Part shown: piece by piece, positions 1-11,909 of the stretch
How the letters are laid out: the number at the start of each line of letters is the position of its first letter
Numbering within the stretch: position 1 is the first letter of the stretch
Assembly: GCA_051313645.2 (NCBI GenBank)
Contig: JBNRSN020000009.1
Coordinates: 160,332,001 to 160,396,000 of the forward strand
Direction of reading: 5' to 3'
Source of the DNA: Centroscyllium fabricii
Taxonomy: Eukaryota
Length of the DNA stretch: 64,000 bases
The notes under the pieces: generated by a model
The model's database searches: none
Told to the model about the DNA's origin: nothing
Seen by the model: only the letters and a program-made list of their open reading frames with translations
Made by a program: the position numbers and the translations under genes

Positions 1-290
1 GCCCCCTGGTTATTGACCCCTCTACTAAGGGGAAAAGTTCCTTTCTATCTACCCTATCTATGCCCCTCATAATTTTGTACACCTCAATCAGGTCCCCCCT
101 CAGCCTTCTCTGCTCCAAGGAAAACAACCCCAGCCTGTCCAGTCTCTCTTCATAGCTGAAGCGCTCCAGCCCAGGTAACATCCTGGTGAATCTCCTCTGC
201 ACCCTCTCCAAAGCAATCACATCATTCCTATAGCGTGGCAACCAGAACTGCACACAGTACTCCAGCTGTGGCCGCACCAGCGTTTTGTAC
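1..290 (-). mobile_element. CR1-clade LINE ORF2 3' fragment
   Basis: Positions 1-105 are the reverse complement of the CR1 fragment at 14177-14285 (GGDLIEVYKIMRGIDRVD...). Confidence 0.85.
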
Positions 291-499
291 AGCTCGGCGC
301 GGACGCGATGGGTCGAAGGGCCTCTTTCTGTGCTGTATAACTCTATGACGCAGGAAGCAGCAACAACTCAAACTGCCACGCTGAATTTGAGACAACTGAC
401 CACAATTGAGAATAAAATCCAATGGCTTTTATTAAAAAGGCTAAAAGATGAGGTTGGCTTGTCGTGCCGGCCCACAGTCCCATCAAGCAATAGAAACAC

Positions 500-790
500 G
501 GGTTGGGTTCCCAGCTCTGGTTGGACATATTCCAGGAGGTTTCATCACATTACCTCCTGCCTCCAACCACCCCGCCCAATGAAACTGCCTTTCTTTTCCC
601 GCCCACACCTCCAACCATCTCCAATACTTTTACAACTAATAAACAAGAGTCTTCAAAGCAAATGGGGGGGAAAAAAAAGACACAATCGTTTATAATGGCT
701 CCTTATGAATTTTCTCCTGGGTCACTCACAGGAGATTCATCTTAAATTCCTGAAGACTCCACGACAAATCCTGGAGGTTCGGCAAACCCC
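500..790. mobile_element. Degenerate non-autonomous TIR element (family A, GGGTTGCCAAC-type ends, probably hAT)
   Basis: Shares the 'cctggaggtttcatcacat' and 'atcttaaattcctg.agactcc...aatcctggagg' motifs with the copies at 6940/10847 and 24742-25657. Confidence 0.6.
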
Positions 791-829
791 GAATGCTTCC
801 TCACACAGCCCTCACCTCTTGTTTTCAGC

Positions 830-1350
830 CAGGGCCGGCCTTAGCGATTGCGGGGCCCAATTTGGTGGGGCCCCCTGGACTTAAGATTATTTCAAATGAG
901 GTACTCACGTGTAGGCCGATCCAAAGTGTCAGTTTCGTGCATGCACAGCGCATGCGCGCGAAACCGGCACTTCTGATCCCCTGACAGAAGGGTTCAGAGG
1001 TCGGGACGCGTGTGCATTGTAAGTTTATAATCTACTAAGAAGTGAAGTGCTGCGAGCAGGGTGGAGCCTAAGCAATATGATATTACACATCACACAGGGC
1101 TGGCTAAACTCAAGTCAGCGCCCAGTCTGATACCTTAGCATCAATGTGAAAGTAAAGTGATCCAGATCTCCTTCAAGGTTGCTATAATTAGTCATGTTGT
1201 GCATTTCTAGCCTTAGACTAATTATTGATTGGTGCCTTTTTGCAGCTCAGAAGAATAAGACACAGGTTTGGTTTGAAGGTGTTAGGGTTTTGAGCATGGA
1301 CTTACATGTAATGGGGTCAAATAGGTTCAATTGGCCTAAGGCCGGCCCTG
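830..1350 (+). mobile_element. hAT-type MITE (family B)
   Basis: TIR CAGGGCCGGCCTTAG...CTAAGGCCGGCCCTG; 8-bp TSD TTTTCAGC/TTCTCAGC (1 mismatch); inverted sister copy at 32380-32766. Confidence 0.9.
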
Positions 1351-1547
1351 TTCTCAGCTACGATGGTGCATAACCAGCTTAATGGGGGACCAGGCCACAT
1401 CCCACATAGAAGGGGGCAACATTCAGCAGCTGAGCATTTGCACGCACTGCCCGGCAGCCATCTTGGAGGTGATGCTGGGAGCTGGTTATCCACCCCTCCC
1501 TTTGTTCCCCTTGGTGAACGGCCCCTTGCAGACTGGACTGGGTAGGG

Positions 1548-1851
1548 GATGACACGGTGGCGCAGTGGTTAGCACTGCTGCCTCGAAATAAGGAGCTCCT
1601 GGGTTCGAATCCTGCTTGGCCCGGGACCTCTCTGCGTGGAGTTTGCATGTTCTCCCCGTGTTCGTGTGGGCTTCCTCTGGGTACTCCGGTTTCCTCCCAC
1701 CACCCAAAGACATGCAGGTTCGGTGAATTGGAGATACTAAAAATTGCCCATGAGTATGTGTGTGAGATATAGTTCTTCGAGTTGGGGGTGTCGGGGGATA
1801 TGGGGAGAGGGTAGGAGGGGGGTGCTGGGTTTGGATGATCAGCCATGATCT
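1548..1851 (+). mobile_element. tRNA-derived V-SINE (HE1-like, subtype 2), 5' part; interrupted by the Gypsy element
   Basis: A box TGGCGCAGTGG, B box GGTTCGAATCC, V-domain 'gtggagtttgcatgttctccccgtg'; the 3' tail resumes at 5446. Confidence 0.9.
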
Positions 1852-2097
1852 TGTAGCGCCAGCAAGGCCTAGGAACCACACGTGAGCCAGAGCTAGAGAA
1901 AACACAACTTTAATACACTAGAGTTAAACAAGAAAGAGAGTGAACCACTCGCAACAAGCATATTTAAACTGTCCCGCGGTTGGTGACGTCATCGCGTCGG
2001 CAGACGTGGTGACGTCGTCGCGTCACCCGGATGAGCGGGGCTCTGCTCCGCGGAGTTCCCGTGGCGGATTCGGTGTCCCAGTGGGCGTGCCGCCACA
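1852..2097 (-). repeat. 3' LTR of the Gypsy element
   Basis: 246 bp, one mismatch to 5196-5441; preceded on the minus strand by the purine tract TCTGGGGGGAGCTG (PPT, about 2098-2111). Confidence 0.95.
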
Positions 2098-2139
2098 CAG
2101 CTCCCCCCAGAATCCGTCCGGGAGGAATAGTAAAAGAGT

Positions 2140-3806
2140 CTATGTGAGCCGTTGGGGTGGCCGGATGATGCGGCCGGACCGTGTTGCATGTTGCTTCTGG
2201 TTCTGCGGTGGAGTGTGGGCGGGTTTTGTTGCGGGAGGGCGACCGCGTTGTGGTGGTTGTACGGGGACAGTCGTCTCGCCTGCTATAACGTGTGCCGGCT
2301 TGAGCCGGTCTATTGTCACAGTTTCAGTCCTGTTGCCCATTTGCAGTTCGAAAGCTTTAGCTCCCGCCCGAAGCACTCTGTAGGGGCCATCGTATGGTGG
2401 CTGTAGTGGAGATCGGTGTCCGTCACGCCGGACGAACACGAATTTTGCGTTTTTGATGCCGTCCGGCACCCGAGCTGCCGGCTCTCCGTGCCGGGCCACT
2501 GGTAGCGGCTGGAAAGCTCGTGCCGGGTTGGCGAAGTCTTTTAAATACTGGTCGGCTGACCAGGGAGCGTTGGGCTCGGCTAGGAACTCGCCCGGCACTG
2601 TTAAGGCTTGGCCGTAGACGAGTTCTGCTGCCGAGGCGTTTAGCTCTTCCTTGACTGCCGAGCGCAGCCTGAGAAGAACCCATGGGAGGCGGTCGGTCCA
2701 CGACGCGTCCTTGAGGGTGGCTCGTAGTGATGCCTTCATTGAGCGGTGGAACCGTTCGCATAGCCCGTTCGCTTGTGGGTGGTATGCGGTGGTTCGATGT
2801 AGTGTTACCCCGAGGTCGCGGGCGATGGCCGCCCATAATGCTGACGTGAACTGGGGTCCTCTGTCGGAGGTGATGTCGGTGGGCACGCCGAAGCGGGCGA
2901 CCCAGGTGGCGATGAACCCCCTGGCCAAGTCCGTGGTGCCGGTGGCGGTGAGGGGGACTGCTTCTGGCCAGCGAGTGTTGCGGTCGACCATGGTCATTAC
3001 GTGCGTGTGGCCCCGGGATGGCGGTAGTGGCCCGACGAGCTCAATGTGGACGTGGTCAAAGCGTCTGGCCGGCACTTTAAAAGTTTCCAGCGGTGCCCTG
3101 ATGTGCTTATGCACTTTGGAGCGCTGGCAGGCAATGCAGGAGCTGGCCCAGGCGCGAACGTCCTTGCGCAGGCCGCGCCATACGAACCGGGCCGAGATAA
3201 GTTTGAAGGACGCGCGGGTGCCGGGGTGGGACAGGTCATGGAGGGTCCTGAATATGTGTCGCCTCCAAGCGTGGGAGACGACGGCCCTGGGCTGCGGCAG
3301 GGATACGTCGCAGCAGACGACGGTGGCAGCGGGGCCGTGCGCTATATTGGCCAAGTGGAGACCCGGGAGATTTGCTGCTGAGTTGAGCAGGTCAGGGTCG
3401 GCCAGCTGGTCTGTGGCCAGCTGGGCGAAATCGACCGCCATTTGGGCGGCGTTAATGGTGGGGCGTGAGAGGCAGTCAGCGACCACGTTGTCGCGGCCGG
3501 AGATATGTTGGATGTCGGTTGTAAATTCCGACACGGCCGCGAGTTGGCGCTGCTGCCTGGCCGACCAGGGTTCGGCGACCTTAGCCATCGCAAACGTGAG
3601 TGGCTTATGGTCGACGAAGGCTGTGAAGTGGCGGCCCTCCAGGAGGAAGCGAAAATGTCGCACTGCCAGATGGAGAGTGAGGAGCTCCCTATCGAAGGCG
3701 CTGTACTTAACCTCTGGGGGCCGGAGTTGCCGGCTGAAAAAGGCCAGGGGCTGCCACGAGTTGCCGGTCCACTGCTCAAATACGGCCCCGACCGCGTGGT
3801 CGGAGG
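2140..3806 (-). pseudogene. pol: pol remnant: RNase H (RT_RNaseH) plus integrase
   Basis: SDHAVGAVFEQ...PLAFFSRQL...YSAFDRELL (RNase H); HHCC zinc finger (LHDLSH...CIAC); catalytic core HIELVGPL / TSDRGPQF / NGLCERFHR with the first Asp changed to Glu; GPY motif. Confidence 0.92.
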
Positions 3807-5104
3807 ATCTCCTGTTTGGCCGGGTCGAGCCTACGGGCGTGGGCATGGACGGGAGGGCCTGTGGTAGTAATAAAGTGTTCCACCCCGTGTTTGGCCTGGC
3901 GGGCGGTGAACGTGGGGTTGGTTAGGGCGGGGAACTCTGCAAGGAGTGTGCCGTAGGCATCGGAGTTCCGAGAGCGGCATTGGGCTGCCGCGTGGGCCAG
4001 GAGTGCGGGCCTTGTGGAGCATGGGATGGTCGACATGTTATTCATGTTGACCAAGCGGCGCCGGGTCACATCGACCAGCAGGCCGTAGGCGCAGAGGAAA
4101 TCTGCCCCGAGGAGGGGTGAAGTGACCTGGGCTGTGACGAAATCCCAGGTGTACGTGTGGCTTGCAAGTGTAATTATGAGCTTGCGGGTGCCGTACGTTT
4201 TAATACTGGAGCCGTTGGCCGCTGCGAGTGGCGGGCCCCGGGTGCCTTGTTTGGTTTCTGCAGGGGAGGCTGGCACGATGCTGTGCTGCGCGCCTGTGTC
4301 GCAGAGGAACCTAAGGCCTGTGCCTCTGTCTGTAACAAAGAGCAGTGCTCCTGTGTGGCCTACAGACATAGTGGGGGCTGGGTTGGGCCGTGGCTTGAAT
4401 GCGCATGGCTGGACGCAGCGGTGCGCTTTGTTATCGAACCGCGTGTGGTAGTAGCACCAGCCGGTGCTAGAGGGACGCGGTTGCCTAGGTGGGCGCGGGG
4501 CCCTAGGTTCAGGCGTAAAGTTAGGCCTGGGGGGTGATTGGTTGCGCTCTACCGATGCGGAGTTAGGGTCGCACGTGGTTGAGCGGGTGCGCTGCGCCTC
4601 CATGAGCCTGTCGGCTTCCTCAGCGAGCTCGTCGTCGCTCCGTTGGCCAAGGGCCGCCAAGGCCGGTCTGATGGAGCGGGGCAGTTTAAGGAGGAAGACG
4701 GTGCGGAACAGGGAGGCGGGATTGGCTGTAAGCGCTTGCATCTGACCTAGGAGGTCTGATGGGTCTGCGTCCCCGAGTTCGGGGAGGTCAAGGAGCTGGC
4801 AGTCGCGCTCGATTTGAGAGGGGGTAAAAAAAATTATAAGCGCGGCCTTAAGGGATTCGTACCTGCCTGTGGTGGGCACACGCTGTATTTTTGACCACAT
4901 CCGATCGATCGTCGATTACGGTAGGGCTGAGAACACCAGGTCATAGCGGTCGTCCCCCTGGATGCCATGTGTGCGGCAGCTGGTCTCGATGCACATAAAC
5001 CAGGCCGCTGGCCGTTGCTCTCAGAACTCCGGTAGAGTTAGTCTGTGTCCGAAGTTCTGGCCAAGTCCTTGTGTTCGTGGAGCTTGGTTCCTTGCTCTTG
5101 CCAT
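3776..5104 (-). pseudogene. gag: gag plus aspartic protease with two in-frame stops, ending at the RT deletion
   Basis: ATG at 5104 is in frame with ORF 3776-4900; LPEF*EQRPAAWF gag N-terminal motif; CYYH...AHRC..PC knuckle; protease FLCDTGA; KHGVEHFITTTGPPVH linker. Confidence 0.85.
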
Positions 5105-5182
5105 GTTTTCTGTTTTAAAATGTTCTTTGGCTGGTGGTCCCTGATCCTGCGGCAGCTTTTCTTCTTTGGAAGTCGTTCCAAT

Positions 5183-5194
5183 TCGGGGTCACCA
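5183..5194 (-). promoter_or_regulatory. Primer binding site, tRNA-Trp type
   Basis: TGGTGACCCCGA lies 1 nt inside the 5' LTR and matches the first 12 nt of the known tRNA-Trp PBS (TGGTGACCCCGACGTGAT). Confidence 0.75.
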
Positions 5195-5195
5195 C

Positions 5196-5441
5196 TGTAG
5201 CGCCAGCAAGGCCTAGGAACCACACGTGAGCCAGAGCTAGAGAAAACACAACTTTAATACACTAGAGTTAAACAAGAAAGAGAGTGAACCACTCGCAACA
5301 AGCATATTTAAACTGTCCCGCGGTTGGTGACGTCATCACGTCGGCAGACGTGGTGACGTCGTCGCGTCACCCGGATGAGCGGGGCTCTGCTCCGCGGAGT
5401 TCCCGTGGCGGATTCGGTGTCCCAGTGGGCGTGCCGCCACA
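5196..5441 (-). repeat. 5' LTR of the Gypsy element
   Basis: Direct repeat of 1852-2097. Confidence 0.95.
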
Positions 5442-5445
5442 ATCT

Positions 5446-5515
5446 CATCAAAATGGCGGAGCAGGCTCGAAGGGCCGAATGGCCTACTCCTGCTCCTAAC
5501 TTCTGTGTTTCTGTG
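5446..5515 (+). mobile_element. 3' tail of the SINE split by the Gypsy insertion
   Basis: catcaaaatggcggagcaggctcgaagggccgaatggcc...(tttctgtg)n continues the SINE from 1851. Confidence 0.85.
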
Positions 5516-5594
5516 ATGGATTTTACCCTCAAATTGCAAACTCACTCCCAGAAAATTACTTGCTCCTTTTTTTAAAGAGGCCATCAATATAAGA

Positions 5595-5782
5595 TGGGCC
5601 CTAAGCGCTGCAATTCCCTGCCTCTCTTTCCTCCTTTAAGACACTCCTTAAAAGCTACATCCTAGGCCAAGTTTTTGGTCACCTGCACCAATTTCTCCTT
5701 ATGTGGCTCGGTGTCAAATTTTTTGTCTTGTAATATTCCTGAGATGCGCCTTGAGACGTTTTACTACATTAAAGGCGCTATG
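5595..5782 (+). mobile_element. L2-clade LINE 3' end
   Basis: Matches the 3' end of the L2 fragment at 56135-56345. Confidence 0.7.
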
Positions 5783-6572
5783 TAACGTGGATAAATGCGA
5801 GGTTATCCACTTTGGTGTCAAAAACAAGGTGGCAGATTATTATCTGAATGGCAATAGATTAGGAGAAGGGGAAGTGCAATGAGACCTGGGTGTCCTTGTG
5901 CACCAGTCGCTGAAGGTAAGCATGCAGGTGCAGCAGGCAGTTAAGAAAGCAAATGGTATGTTGGCCTTCGTAGCGAGAGGATGTCTTGCTGCAGTTGTAC
6001 AGGGCCTTGGTGAGACCACGTCTTGAATATTGTGTGCAGTTTTGGTCGCCTTATCTGAGGAAGGATGTTCTTGCCATGGAAGGAGTTCAGTGAAGATTCA
6101 CCAGACTGATACCTGGGATGGCAGGAATGATGTATGAGGAGAGGTTGGGTCGATTGGGCTTGTACGCGTTGGAGTTTAGAAGAATGAGAGGGGATCTCAT
6201 TGAAACTTCTAACAGGACTAGACAGAATAGATGCAGGAAAGATGTTCCTGATGGTAGGGGAGTCCAGAAGCAGGGGTCACAGTCTAACGATAAGGGCTAA
6301 GCCATTTAGAACAGCGATAAGGAGGAATTTCTTCACCCAGAGAGTGGTGAACCTGTGGAATTCTCTACCACAGAAGGCAGTAGAGGCCAATTCATGAAAT
6401 ATATTGAAGAAGGAGTTGGATATATTTCTTAAGTCTAAAGGGATCGAGGGATATGGGGAAAAAGCAGGGACAGGGTACTGAGTTTGGATGATCAGCCATG
6501 ATCTCATTGAATAGCAGAGCAGGCTCGAGGGGCCGAATGGCCGACTCCTGCTCCTATCTTCTATGTTTCTAT
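5783..6572 (+). mobile_element. CR1/HER1-like LINE, 5'-truncated
   Basis: RT C-terminal peptides (RRNFFTQRVVNLWNSLP) and a (ttctatg)n tail. Confidence 0.9.
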
Positions 6573-6614
6573 AAATACAAGTTGTTGTTGTGGATAGTCA
6601 CCAAGAAATCAATA

Positions 6615-6870
6615 TAGAATTCAGAAGAAACCTCTTCACCCAGAGAGTGGTGAGAATGTGGAACTCGCTACCACAGGGAGTGGTTGAAGCGAATAGTATC
6701 GATGCATTTAAGGGGAGGTTAGATAAGCATCTGAGGAAGACGGGAATCAAGGGTTACGCTGATAGATTTAGATGAGGAAAGACAGGAGGAGGTTCGAGTG
6801 GAGCATAAACACCGGCATGGACTGGGTGGGCCGAATGGCCTGTTTCTGTGCTGGATATTCGATGTAATCC
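6615..6870 (+). mobile_element. CR1-clade LINE 3' fragment (different subfamily)
   Basis: RRNLFTQRVVRMWNSLP...FKGRLD and a 3' UTR ending gggccgaatggcctgtttctgtgctg. Confidence 0.8.
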
Positions 6871-6939
6871 TCTGGTAACAATGTCTGCGCTGCGTCAGCT
6901 CACTGACTCCATTTCTATACCACTAATCCCATGTTGAGC

Positions 6940-7080
6940 TGGGGTTGCCAACTCTGGTCTGACGTATTCCTGGAGGTTTCATCACATGGGCCAGGGCCCT
7001 CGCCTCTCCTCCGCCCCCACCCCCCACCCAACAGCCCTGCCCAGTCAAACAGCCTTTTTTTCCCCCATTTCCAATATTTA
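6940..7080 (+). mobile_element. Family A MITE, left half (split by the CR1 LINE)
   Basis: Starts GGGGTTGCCAAC; continues after the LINE at 10847. Confidence 0.7.
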
Positions 7081-10000
7081 GGCTAAATACGTGGCTTGAG
7101 CAGTGGTGCAAGAGGGAGGGATTTAAATTCTTGAGGCATTGGAACCAGTTCTGGGGGAGGTGGGACCTGTACAATAGGTACGGTCTGCATCTGGACGGGA
7201 ATGGTACCGATGTCCTCGGGGTAATATTTGCTAGAGCTGTTCGGGAGGATTTAAACTAATATGGCAGGGGGATGGGAACCTAGGTAGTGGAAAAGAGGGA
7301 AGTCATATGCAGCCAGAAATAAATGGTAGAAGGGTGAGAAGCAATAGGCAAAGGCGAGAAACACAAAGGGCCAAACTAATTCATAATGAGAGTGTGAAAA
7401 AAGCAAGCCTGAAGGCTTTGTATCTTAATGCAAGAAGCATTAGAAACAAGGTAGATGAATTAGCTGTGGAAATGGAGGTAAACGAATATAATTTGATTGG
7501 GATTACAGAAACATGGCTGCAGGGGGGGCAAGGCTGGTAACTTAACATCCAGGGGTATACAATATTTAGGAAGGATCGGCAAAAAAGGGAGGTGGGGTAG
7601 CATTGCTGGTGAAAGAAGGGATTAACGCAATTGAAAGGAAGGATATTAACTCGGATGATACGGAATCTATATGGGTAGAACTGAGAAATAGCAAGGGGCG
7701 GAAAACTTTAGTGGGAGTGGTATATAGGCCTCCAAACAGTAATATGGAGGTGGGGGAAGGCATAAAAAGGGAAATTAGAAAAGCGTGTAATAAGGGCACA
7801 GCTGTCATCATAGGTGACTTTAATTTACATATAGATTGGACTAGCCAAATTTGTAAAAATACCGAGGAGGAGGAATTCATAGAATGTTTACGGGACGGTT
7901 ACCTGGACCAATATGTCGAGGAACCAACTCGGGATCAGGCCATCTTAGACTGGGTATTGTGCAATGAGAAGGGACTAATTGGCAATCTTGTTGTACGAGG
8001 CCCCTTGGGTCGGAGCGATCATAATATGATCGAATTCTCACTTGAGATGGAGAGTGAAAAAATTGACTCTGAGACTAAGGTCCTCAATTTAAATAAAGGG
8101 AATTATGATGGTATGAGAAGGGAATTAAGTAAGATTGATTGGGCGGTGTTTCTGGGGGAGATTAACGGTGGATAGACAATGGCAAGCATTCAAAGATAGA
8201 ATGGAAGAATTACAGAACTTGTTTATACCGGTTTGGCATTAAAATAAACCTAAAAAGGTGACTCAGCCGTGGATAACAAGGGAAATTAGGGACAACATAA
8301 AATCCAAAAAAAGGACATAGCAATTGGCCAAAAAAAGCACCAGACCTGAAGATTGGGAGCAGTTCAGGATACAGCAAAGGAGGACAAAGGGATTAATCAG
8401 GAGGGGGAAAATAGATTATGAAAGTAAGCTTGCGGCAAACATAAAAACCGACTGCAAAAGCTTTTATAGGTATATCAGGAGGAAAAGATTGGTAAAATCC
8501 CAAGTCGGTCCCTTGCGGTCCGATTCAGGGGAATATATAATGGGGAATAAGGAAATGGCAGACCAATTAAATTCATATTTTGGTTCTGTCTTCACAAAGG
8601 AGGACACAAATAACCTCCCTGGGATATCGGGAAACATAGGGACGAATGCAAGGGAGGAGCTGACAGAAATCAGTATTTCTAAGGATATGGTGTTGGGGAA
8701 GTTGAAGGGATTGAAGGCCGACAAATCCCCAGGGCCTGATAATCTACATCCTAGGCTACTTAAGGAGGTGGCCCTGGAGATACAGGTTGAGCACCGTTAA
8801 TCCGTGTCCCTAATAGCTGGCAGCTTCAGTCTGCCGGCACAAATTGCCCCGACTGCACTGCGCATGCGCAAAATGGCAGCCCCCATCGTGGCTTCAGCGA
8901 ATGATCTGCGCATGCGCCGAGCGCATGCGCAGATCATTCAAAACAGCTGCGGGTGTTTTGAATGATCTGCGCATGCGTCACCGGACGGTTAGCGCATGCG
9001 CAGATAATTCAATACGGCCGCCCGTTATTTTCTCGACAGCTGAGCCCCGTGACTGAGGCGGACAGTCACTAGGCAACAGCTGTCAGCCTGAGTCCGGCTC
9101 GGCGGCAGCAGCAACCCGAAAGGCGATGGAGAGGGAACGCGGACCCGTGCCCGATCTGCGCATGCGCGCGCCAGCCAATCGCAATGCTGCGCGCATGCGC
9201 GCGGCCATTTTGAATGGCGCGCATGCGCAGTGTCCAAACTCGTTCTCCCGGTTTTTTCCATTTCCCGGCACGGGCCTGGTCCCGCCCGTGGCGGATTAAC
9301 GGTGCTCAACCTGTAGTAGATGCCTTAATGATCATTTTCAGGAACTCGATAGACTCGGGAGCAGTGCCCATGGATTGGAGGGTAGCAAATGTTACCCCAC
9401 TGTTTAAAAAGGGGGGTAGAGAAAAAGCAGGGAATTATAGACCAGTAAGCCTTACATCAGTAGTAGGCAAAATGCTAGAGTCCATTATTAAGGATGTAAT
9501 AGCGGAGCACTTGACAAATAGGGATGGGATCAGACAGAGTCAACATGGATTTACAAAAGGTAAATCGTGCTTGACTAATCTATTGGAATTCTTTGAGGAA
9601 GTAACAGGTAAAATAGATGGGGGAGAGCCAGTAGATGTGGTGTACCTTGACTTCCAGAAAGCCTTCGATAAGGTCCCACATAAAAGATTAGCATGCAAAA
9701 TCAAGGCTCATGTGATTGGGGGCAAAGTATTGACGTGGATAGAGAACTGGCTGGCAGATAGAAAACAGAGTTGGAATAAACGGCTCGTTTTCTGAGTGGC
9801 AGGCGGTGACTAGTGGGGTGCCGCAGGGATCTGTCCTGGGACCCCAGCTGTTCACAATATATATTAATGATCTGGATCAGGGAATTGGATGCAACATCTC
9901 CAAATTTGCAGATGACACTAATCTAGGATGGGGGGTGGGCTCTGAAGAGGATGTCAGGAAGCTCCAGTGCGATTTGGACAAGTTGGGGGAATGGGCAGAT

Positions 10001-10846
10001 ACATGGCAAATGCACTATAATGTGGATAAATGTGAGGTTATCCACTTTGGGGGCAAAAACAGGAGGGCAGATTATTATTTAAATGGCAATAGATTGGGAG
10101 ATGGGGAAGTGCAGAGAGACCTGGGTGTTCTTGTGCACCAGTCACTGAGGGCGAGCATGCAGGTGCAACAGGCGGTTAAGAAGGCAAATGGTATGTTGGC
10201 CTTCATATCAAGAGGGTTCGAGTATAGGAATAAGGATACCTTACTACAGCTGTACAAGGCACTGGTGAGACCACACCTTGAGTATTGTGTACAGTTTTGG
10301 TCGCCTCATCTGAGGAAGGATGTTCTTGCCATGGAAGGAGTGCAGCGGCGATTCACCAGGATGATACCTGGAATGGCAGGAATGACCTACGAGGAGAGAT
10401 TTTGTAGTTTGGGCTTGTACTTGCTGGAGTTTAGAAGATTGAGAGGGGATCTCATCGAAACATAAAATTCTGACAGGCCTGGACAGGTTAAATTCAGAAA
10501 GAATGTTTCCAATGGCGGGGGAGTCCAGAACCAGGGGCCACAGTCTAAGGATAAGGGGTAAACCATTTAGGACAGATATGAGGAAGAATTTCTTCACCCA
10601 GAGAGTGGTGAGCCTGTGGAATTCCTTGCCACAGAGGGCAGTGGAGGCCAGTTCATTAAATATATTTAAGAGGGAATTGGATACAATTCTTCAGGCTAAA
10701 GGGATTAAGGGTTACGGAGAGAAGGCGGGGACGGGGTACTGAACTTGAAAGATCAGCCAAAGATCAGCCATGATCTCATTGAATGGCGGAGCAGGCTCGA
10801 AGGGCCTACTCCTGCGCCTATCTTCTATGTTTCTATGTTTCTATGA
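7081..10846 (+). mobile_element. CR1/HER1-like LINE: ORF1 3' end plus full ORF2 (APE + RT), pseudogenised
   Basis: ORF1 esterase-type end (WCKREGFKFLRHWNQFWGRWDLY...GLHL, stop near 7259). ORF2 has LNARSI, GITETWL, IIGDFN, SDHN (APE) and KSPGPD, YRPVSL, QGSVLGP, FADDT (RT), broken by stops, frameshifts and a MITE. Ends in a (ttctatg)n tail. Confidence 0.95.
8783..9313. mobile_element. Tigger/pogo-like MITE (CAGGTTGAGCACCG TIR) inserted in CR1 ORF2
   Basis: TIR CAGGTTGAGCACCGTTAATCCG; TA duplicated; interrupts EVALEI|VDALMII. Confidence 0.92.
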
Positions 10847-10996
10847 ATCAACAAAAGTATTCAAAGAATATGGAGAAAAACAAATATTTTTTTTTAATGG
10901 CCTGAGGAATTTCCTGTGTTGCTCGCAGCGGTTGTCCTGGAGATTAATCTTCAATTCCTGGAGACTCAAGGGCCAATCCTGGAGGGTTGGCGACCG
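10847..10996 (+). mobile_element. Family A MITE, right half
   Basis: Ends ...cctggagggttggcgacc, the approximate inverse of the 6940 end. Confidence 0.7.
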
Positions 10997-11639
10997 GATG
11001 TTGAGCGGAGACAAACTCTACCCCTTGGGCCCCACTGCCAAAACCTCGAACTATCCCAAAGATACCTAGAAATTCTCAAACCCCTCAGAATTTTGAGACA
11101 CAGTGAACAATTAATGAAACATAGGATAACGTAACACAGTGCACTGGACTTTCAACATACTGCGCCACAGGGCAATAGGGGGCACGAGATATTTTAAGTT
11201 TTTTTACGCAAATATAGGATTCCTGTAAACATTACATATAATACACTTTGCATGACAGAGGTACAGAGACACTACATATATTAAATAACACACTGCGCCA
11301 CCGCGGTAGAGCATTTTTTTTATGGTAGGGGTGTTGCGACCCCTGACCTCCCAGGTCTCGAAGCCTAGGTAACTCAGTCCTATTTGCGGTCTTGCCCGAT
11401 TTGAATTTTGCGGGTGCCTGGAGTTTTGCGAATCGTAAAAATTTATGGCCCTGAAGGAGGCCATTCAACCCATCATGTCCGTGCCGGCCGAAAAAGAGCA
11501 GTCCAGCCTAATCCCACTTTCCAGCTCTTGGTCCGTAGCCCTGCAGGTTCCGGCACTTCAAGTGCATATCCAAGTACTTTTTAAATGTGATGAGGGTCTC
11601 TGCCTCTACCGCCCTTTCAGGCAGTGAGTTCCACGCCAT

Positions 11640-11909
11640 TGTTACGTTTTATGTTAGAAGTAGGACAAATGACGACAGACTCAGGTTAAGTTCTAACTGG
11701 GTGATGTTTACTGTACATGGTAAAATCACAACTTAACCCGTGGCGCTTCTCGCGCCAACATATTTACATTAGCTTACAGCCTAGTCTAGTACAGGACTAA
11801 TAGCGAACTCATCGAGGACTGAGGACTAATGGAAGACTGAACAGGAACTACACATGCGAGCTTATATACACACGACAGTGGCTGGTAAGGGTACTGCAGC
11901 CTGGTAACA
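11640..11909. mobile_element. Probable LTR (solo or truncated)
   Basis: TGTTAC...GTAACA inverted termini, about 270 bp, placed abruptly after a CR1 tail; no TSD seen. Confidence 0.5.

Larger units (their letters stand above)
1852..5441 (-). mobile_element. Gypsy/Ty3 LTR retrotransposon, internally deleted (no RT), non-autonomous
   Basis: Two 246-bp TG...CA LTRs, 4-bp TSD ATCT (1848-1851 / 5442-5445), PBS, PPT, and gag-protease and RNaseH-integrase remnants. Confidence 0.95.

Noticed and set aside
1548-1625. tRNA genes at SINE heads
   Set aside because: The A/B boxes continue into the V-domain and LINE tail, so these are SINE heads rather than tRNAs.
2651-3925. 424-aa plus-strand ORF
   Set aside because: Antisense shadow of the GC-rich Gypsy pol; no recognisable domain.
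11168-11453. Possible hAT MITE (CAGGGC...GCCCTG)
   Set aside because: The inverted match is only about 10 bp with a mismatch and there is no TSD.
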